Program-made: the position numbers and the translations under genes
In this document: positions 58,797-64,000 of the stretch, in pieces
How positions within the stretch are numbered: the stretch's first letter is position 1
How the letters are laid out: each line of letters starts with the position of its first letter
Origin: an uncultured Pelagibacteraceae bacterium
Lineage (GTDB): Bacteria > Pseudomonadota > Alphaproteobacteria > Pelagibacterales > AG-422-B15
Reading direction: 5' to 3'
Assembly: GCA_902544525.1 (NCBI GenBank)
Contig: CACCCN010000004.1
Span: forward strand, 1,083 to 65,082
DNA: 64,000 bases
Notes under the pieces: model-generated
Seen by the model: only the letters and a program-made list of their open reading frames with translations
What the model was told of the DNA's origin: nothing
Databases searched by the model: none

Positions 58797-59412
58797 TAAA
58801 GGCATGTTAATTGTTATTTCATCTCCTTCTGGTGCTGGCAAAACTTCAATTTGTAAAAAATTATTAGAGATAGATGATAAGATTAAGCCGTCAGTCTCTG
58901 TAACAACTAGAAAGCCAAGAAGAAACGAAATAAATGGTGTTGATTACATTTTTACAACCATTAAAGATTTTAAAAAAAAAATCTCAAACAGTGAATTTTT
59001 AGAATATGCAGATGTTTTTAATAATAAATATGGAACATTAATTAGCTCAACAAAACTTTTAGCCGATAAAGGTTATGATGTACTTTTTGATATTGATTGG
59101 CAAGGGACTCAGCAATTATCTCAATTTGAAGAGAATATTTTAACTATTTTTATACTCCCTCCTAGCAAAAAAGAAATTGAAAAAAGGCTAAATAAAAGAG
59201 AAGCCGAGAATTCTGAAAATAGTGATTTAGTAAAAGAAAGAATGCTAAGGTTTGAAGATGAATTAAGCCACTGGAAAGAGTATGATTACGTAGTGACCAA
59301 TGATAATTTTGATAATTGTGTACTAGAAATAATAAATATTATAAGTGTTGAAAGAAAAAAGCGTGCGAATAAAAAATCAATTATAAAAAAAATAAGAGAT
59401 CTTAAAGATTAG
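58780..59412 (+). CDS. gmk: Guanylate kinase
   Basis: P-loop SSPSGAGKTS and TTRKPRRNEINGVDYIF block. The start overlaps the fabF end; an alternative ATG is at 58804. Confidence 0.9.
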   Translation: MTGNFNKGMLIVISSPSGAGKTSICKKLLEIDDKIKPSVSVTTRKPRRNEINGVDYIFTTIKDFKKKISNSEFLEYADVFNNKYGTLISSTKLLADKGYDVLFDIDWQGTQQLSQFEENILTIFILPPSKKEIEKRLNKREAENSENSDLVKERMLRFEDELSHWKEYDYVVTNDNFDNCVLEIINIISVERKKRANKKSIIKKIRDLKD

Positions 59413-59413
59413 T

Positions 59414-60178
59414 CTAAATACTTTTAGCAATATTACAGTAATCTAATACGGTTAAATCTTCTGGTCTCAAATCCGAATTAATTGAAAGGTTGTTAATTTC
59501 ACTCAGGTAGCTAGACAAATTATTTTTTATTTTTTTCCTGCGTTGAGAAAATGCATCCTTTGCAACTTTATCAATCTTATTAATATCAATTAGCCCAAAA
59601 TCCTTAAAAGGTGTAAATTCAAGCACAATAGCATCAACTTTTGGTCTAGGAGTAAATGCAGAGGCTGGTATATCTAATAATTTTTTTATCTTATACCTTG
59701 ATTGTATAACAACAGATAATTTCCCATAAGACTTATTGTTTGGTGAAGCCATAATTCTATTTGCTACTTCCTTTTGAAACATTAGTACCATTTTATCATG
59801 TTGTGGAGGCCAATTCTTATATTTTGTCCATAAATACAAAAGATCGACTGATACATTGAAGGGTAGGTTGCCAACAATTATTGAATGCCTAAGAGAATTT
59901 ATATTATAATCAAAATTTATTGCATCTATATTTAATATTTCTACCTTTGATATATTAAATTTTTTTTTTAAATTTTCAATTAGCCTAATATCCTTTTCAA
60001 TTAAAATTAATTGTTTATATTTTTTTTGATAAAGAAAATTAGTTAGAGTTCCAAGACCTGGACCAATCTCAATTATTGAATTTGATGATTTAGACTTAAT
60101 ACAATTTGATATTTTAATTAGAAGATTTTTATCAAAAATAAAATTTTGACCAAGTGATTTTTTCGTATTTATTTTCAA
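59414..60178 (-). CDS. rsmA: 16S rRNA (adenine1518/1519-N6)-dimethyltransferase
   Basis: KSLGQNFI, EIGPGLGTLT and GNLPFN motifs. Confidence 0.92.
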   Translation of the reverse strand: MKINTKKSLGQNFIFDKNLLIKISNCIKSKSSNSIIEIGPGLGTLTNFLYQKKYKQLILIEKDIRLIENLKKKFNISKVEILNIDAINFDYNINSLRHSIIVGNLPFNVSVDLLYLWTKYKNWPPQHDKMVLMFQKEVANRIMASPNNKSYGKLSVVIQSRYKIKKLLDIPASAFTPRPKVDAIVLEFTPFKDFGLIDINKIDKVAKDAFSQRRKKIKNNLSSYLSEINNLSINSDLRPEDLTVLDYCNIAKSI

Positions 60179-60181
60179 ACT

Positions 60182-60790
60182 TTACCTAGTTTCGATATTA
60201 GCTTCTAGACGTAAATCTCGTAAAAGTTTTTCCGCTCTTAGCGCTATTTGTTTTTGAATAAGCGAACTTTTGATCTGTTCGCTAGATAAAGACGGGTTTT
60301 TTTTAGAAGCTTCATCAAGATCTGTATTATTAATCTCTGATGATCTATAAAAAAGCTGACCAGTTAATTTATTCCATCCTAGTTGAATCTCCAAGGACTC
60401 AATCAAGAAATTGATATCAATATTTTTGGACATAAGTAGGTTTTTAAAGTCACTTATACTTTGCTCAGAGTTTAAAAAAGCTCTCTTAATATAGTCATTA
60501 ATTTCGTCTGTTTGTATTTGAACTTTATACTTTTTTATTTGTTCAAGTTGAAGTTTTTCATCTATCATCAATTTTAACATTTCGTCAGCATATCGATCGA
60601 TATCATCTTTACTTATTTGTTGTTTATTCAAAAGTGAAAATAATTGTAATCTCTGTTCTAAATCATAATTAGTAATAACTTTATCGTTTACAAGTTTTAA
60701 AATCTTATAATTTTGTTCTTTAGCATTTAAAAATACAATAAAATTTATTGATAATACAAAAACCAAAAAAAACTTAAATATATTATTCAT
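60182..60790 (-). CDS. surA: SurA-like periplasmic chaperone consisting only of the SurA N-terminal module and a C-terminal helix (no parvulin domains)
   Basis: Signal peptide, then a SurA_N-like region (VNDKVITNYDLEQR...). Sits between lptD and rsmA as surA does in the lptD-surA-pdxA-rsmA arrangement. At 202 aa there is no PPIase-domain-sized segment. Confidence 0.6.
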   Translation of the reverse strand: MNNIFKFFLVFVLSINFIVFLNAKEQNYKILKLVNDKVITNYDLEQRLQLFSLLNKQQISKDDIDRYADEMLKLMIDEKLQLEQIKKYKVQIQTDEINDYIKRAFLNSEQSISDFKNLLMSKNIDINFLIESLEIQLGWNKLTGQLFYRSSEINNTDLDEASKKNPSLSSEQIKSSLIQKQIALRAEKLLRDLRLEANIETR

Positions 60791-62887
60791 CTATAATTCA
60801 GGTCCAAAATTTCTTGTTATACCAGATTGTTTGCTTGTTCCAAACGGTTTTAGAGTAATAGTAAAACTAAATCCACGGGAATTTTTAATATCTCCTACTG
60901 CTGTAAAGTCTTTAAAATAATCAAAATTAATTGCTAAACAATCGTTCTCATAATGTATACCAACTGCATTACCTATACTCTTTTCAGTCATAAGATCTTT
61001 TCTTATAGATGCGATAAAGTTTGTATCTTTTCTTAAATTAATTTTTGTTCCTACAGAAATCTGTTCAGATGTTTTAATTCTATTATTAGACTCGTAGTCA
61101 TAGTCAAAGCCAAATTTGAAGTTACCTATATTAATAGAAGTGTTTATATTATTATCTTTTAAATACATATCTTCACTATCTATAGTTAGATCAGTTTTAA
61201 TATAACCAAAACTTCTAAAATCCGTTGTATTTGTGATGAAATAATTAGATTTTTCTTCCTTACTTTCTTCACTGTTTTTATTTAATTTTATAGATTGACC
61301 AATATTAGTATTAAAAATTAAGTCATTGTAACTCACTAACCAATTAAGACCATAATTTAGTCTTGGTCCACTTTCCCACTGTGATAATGATGTTTCTCTA
61401 TTTAAAGAAAAAATATTACTATTAGATACGCTCTGATCGTTTCTGTAATTATTGTAGGGTGCAATAATAGGCATTAATACAGGTTCTAAAATTTGAGATT
61501 TCTTACTATCATTTTTTATTAATGGAAAAGAAATTTTACTTGATATTTGAGGGAAAACTCTCATTTGATTAAAATCATTCTCCGTATCATTAAAGTATAT
61601 AACTCTATTCTGAAGTACATTTTCAAATCTTAATCCAATATTTTTCAAGACAATTATATCATTTGATATCAATTCAGATGATATTTCCTGCTTATAATTT
61701 TTGTTAATATCTCTGTAATTTAAAAACGTATTTTTTATTTCCCAGCTTTTATTTAAAAAAGGGTCATTATAGTTATAAATATTATAATTAATTGACGGAT
61801 AAACGTATTCCCATTTTTGATTTGGTATATTGTTTAAATGTTTATAAGAATTACTTTTGAAATCAAGATAGCTATTCTGCATTTCTTTTGTAAAACGAAG
61901 TCCACTAATTAAAATAGTTAAATCATTAATCTGATTTTTTCTTAGATAAGTATCGTTATTTGATGTTTGGATATGATAATCAAATTTTCCGTAAGGATTT
62001 TTTACTTTGCCATCTACAAAGATGTGGTTTTTAGTTCCCGTATTTGACTCATCCGATGAAATACTTGATTCAAGATTAAACATATGATTTTCAGTTAAAT
62101 GTCTATAATTAAAACTATAATAATCATCTGCTTTTGTTTGAATTGTTGGAGTAATAGTCACATCATAATTAGGTGCAATATTATAAAATAATGGAACTGA
62201 CAAGGTAGTCCCAAGTGTGTTATCGCTTGTAATATTTGGCATGAGAATTCCAGATTTCTTCTTTACTGATGGGTCAGGGTGTGAAAAAAAGGGGGTATAA
62301 AGAATTGGAATATTCAATATACTCAACACTGTATTTTCGTAATATATGGTTTTCTTTTTTGTGTCGTGAATAACTTTTTTTGCATCAAGTTTCCAGCCGG
62401 GACAATTTTTAATAAGGTAGTTTTCCGCAAGACATGGAGTATATGAAGCATTATCTATTTGATTGAAATTTGACTCCTGCCTAGAAAAAGACTTGCCAAC
62501 TATCCGCGCATTATCATTTGTTCTTACTTTAACATTTGATCCCACTGCAGTATCAAATTTTTTGTCAGTAGTTAAATAATCAAAATAATAATGATTATTT
62601 AAATTATCTTTAATTGTAATATTGCCCGAGCTTTTTATTTGATTTAATTCTTTATTATATATTGAATTATCAGATACACTGTTAAATTCTGTAGTTTTGA
62701 TTTTTATATCTCCCGAAGCTTTTATTTTATTTCCATTATCTAAAATTAATACTTCATCAGCATTAATTATAATTTCATTTTCACTTTCATTAGATATAGC
62801 CTTGTTTGCTAAGAAAATAGTAATTATAAGAATATATAAAAAACAGAGTAAATTAAAATAGTTTTTAATCTTAGATATTAAATTCAT
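60791..62887 (-). CDS. lptD: LPS-assembly protein LptD
   Basis: 698 aa with a signal peptide, an OstA-like N-terminal domain, and a long aromatic-rich beta-barrel ending in F-x-L. Position is upstream of surA. Confidence 0.8.
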   Translation of the reverse strand: MNLISKIKNYFNLLCFLYILIITIFLANKAISNESENEIIINADEVLILDNGNKIKASGDIKIKTTEFNSVSDNSIYNKELNQIKSSGNITIKDNLNNHYYFDYLTTDKKFDTAVGSNVKVRTNDNARIVGKSFSRQESNFNQIDNASYTPCLAENYLIKNCPGWKLDAKKVIHDTKKKTIYYENTVLSILNIPILYTPFFSHPDPSVKKKSGILMPNITSDNTLGTTLSVPLFYNIAPNYDVTITPTIQTKADDYYSFNYRHLTENHMFNLESSISSDESNTGTKNHIFVDGKVKNPYGKFDYHIQTSNNDTYLRKNQINDLTILISGLRFTKEMQNSYLDFKSNSYKHLNNIPNQKWEYVYPSINYNIYNYNDPFLNKSWEIKNTFLNYRDINKNYKQEISSELISNDIIVLKNIGLRFENVLQNRVIYFNDTENDFNQMRVFPQISSKISFPLIKNDSKKSQILEPVLMPIIAPYNNYRNDQSVSNSNIFSLNRETSLSQWESGPRLNYGLNWLVSYNDLIFNTNIGQSIKLNKNSEESKEEKSNYFITNTTDFRSFGYIKTDLTIDSEDMYLKDNNINTSINIGNFKFGFDYDYESNNRIKTSEQISVGTKINLRKDTNFIASIRKDLMTEKSIGNAVGIHYENDCLAINFDYFKDFTAVGDIKNSRGFSFTITLKPFGTSKQSGITRNFGPEL

Positions 62888-63981
62888 ATTTTTCTTCTTA
62901 TAGTTTTATATTTGATCATGGTGAGCGCTAAGCTAAATAGCATGATTGGAGTTACTAGTGTAGATATAAAAGGTGGTAATTTTGCATTTGTACCCAAAGT
63001 ATTCATTAAGCTTGAGCAAAAATAATAAATAATCATCATCAGAAATGAAACAATTATAATTTTGGCAAATTTATCATTTTGTTTGACACCAATAACAATT
63101 GAATTTGCTAAAATTACAAAGCCAACAATAATTATTGGCATTAGTAAAATATTATAGAAATAAATTTTGTAATCATTAGCTGAATAACCCAGTTTTTCTA
63201 AAATATATATAAAATTGCTTAGCTGCAAAAATGACATCATTTCTGGAGCCGATAGACTATTTTTAATATCCTCTTTATTTAAGTAAGTACTGTATTCATA
63301 ATAAGGATAAAATAGTGGCTTCTCATCCTTTTGAGTAAGAAGAAGATCATTCATGATCCATTTGTCGCTTATTAGCTTTGCTGTCTTTCCATCAATCCTT
63401 CCCACTAGTTTATTATTATCATCATATTCAAGCAGCATAAAATCAATAAGAGTTGAGCCGTTATCCTTAATATTTTTAGCGTAAATAATATTTGTTAAAC
63501 CTTGAGCACTTTCCTGCATTAGCCAGATACCATTTTTTGATATAGATGAGAGTCGATCTAACCTTTTTATATATTTATAATCAAGTTCTTGAAAATCTTT
63601 TTGAAATACAGCTGTGATGGGGTTAACTATGAATACAAAAGCAATACCAATGGTAAAGAATAATATGATTGGAGCTTTTGATAGCTGAAAAGGAGACATT
63701 CCTGTGTTGCCCATAACAATGTACTCAGTACTTCTTATGAGCTTCAGATAACAAAGTATTGTCGAAAAGAAAACTACAATTGGCAATGTTGAAAAACTTA
63801 GGGAAGGTGCGTTTAATAAAGTTAACTTAAATATAATTTTGATTGGGACTTCTTTATTTGTTGCTTTTCTAAATTGCTCGATTAGATCAGAGAAAAACAG
63901 TAGCATTGTAAATAAAATAAAAACTATTAAAAAAGTATAAATAAAATTCTTAAAGAGGTAGATATTTAATTTAGAAAACAT
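62884..63981 (-). CDS. lptG: LPS export ABC permease, LptF/LptG family (probably LptG)
   Basis: 365 aa with 6 TM helices and a central periplasmic domain. N-terminal YLFKNFIYTFL pattern fits the YjgP/YjgQ family. 4-nt overlap with lptD. Confidence 0.75.
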   Translation of the reverse strand: MFSKLNIYLFKNFIYTFLIVFILFTMLLFFSDLIEQFRKATNKEVPIKIIFKLTLLNAPSLSFSTLPIVVFFSTILCYLKLIRSTEYIVMGNTGMSPFQLSKAPIILFFTIGIAFVFIVNPITAVFQKDFQELDYKYIKRLDRLSSISKNGIWLMQESAQGLTNIIYAKNIKDNGSTLIDFMLLEYDDNNKLVGRIDGKTAKLISDKWIMNDLLLTQKDEKPLFYPYYEYSTYLNKEDIKNSLSAPEMMSFLQLSNFIYILEKLGYSANDYKIYFYNILLMPIIIVGFVILANSIVIGVKQNDKFAKIIIVSFLMMIIYYFCSSLMNTLGTNAKLPPFISTLVTPIMLFSLALTMIKYKTIRRKI

Positions 63982-64000
63982 ATAAATTATTTTTTTATTT

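Overview
The window is very AT-rich (by eye about 30% GC), tightly packed and almost entirely coding. Many neighbouring genes overlap by 1-8 nt. Gene content and order suggest a genome-streamlined marine alphaproteobacterium of the SAR11/Pelagibacterales type; this is an inference, since no database search was possible. Supporting content: sarcosine oxidase soxA/soxG, dksA-recA-alaS, eukaryote-type NADP-IDH, guaB-guaA, panB, yfgM-bamB-der, dnaB, rpsF-rpsR-rplI, fabD-fabG-acpP-fabF, gmk, and rsmA-surA-lptD-lptG. All product calls come from motifs I recognise in the supplied translations.

I found no rRNA, tRNA, CRISPR array, transposase, integrase or phage gene.

The most unusual structure lies just downstream of guaA. 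The last 22 bp of guaA (GGCACTATTGAGTGGGAATAAA) occur three times in direct orientation. The two distal copies each sit at the end of a ~90-bp repeat that is ~92% identical between them. These repeats delimit two tiny single-ORF units of 660 and 434 bp. This looks like serial site-specific insertion into the guaA 3' end without a recombinase in cis. It opens a ~10.5-kb block of heterogeneous accessory-looking genes that ends at panB.

Other points worth a second look:
- fabF is interrupted by a +1 frameshift inside an A9 tract.
- The Der GTPase has only one G domain.
- The SurA homologue lacks parvulin domains.
- DksA has 1 of the 4 zinc-finger cysteines.
- A UfaD/UfaO/CFA-synthase-like trio may indicate furan fatty-acid synthesis.
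- Twin 17-bp palindromes lie in front of a padR-MFP-RND-RND operon.
- GAAC-N7-GAAC LexA-type boxes precede recA.
- Two ORFs shorter than 60 aa are missing from the ORF track.
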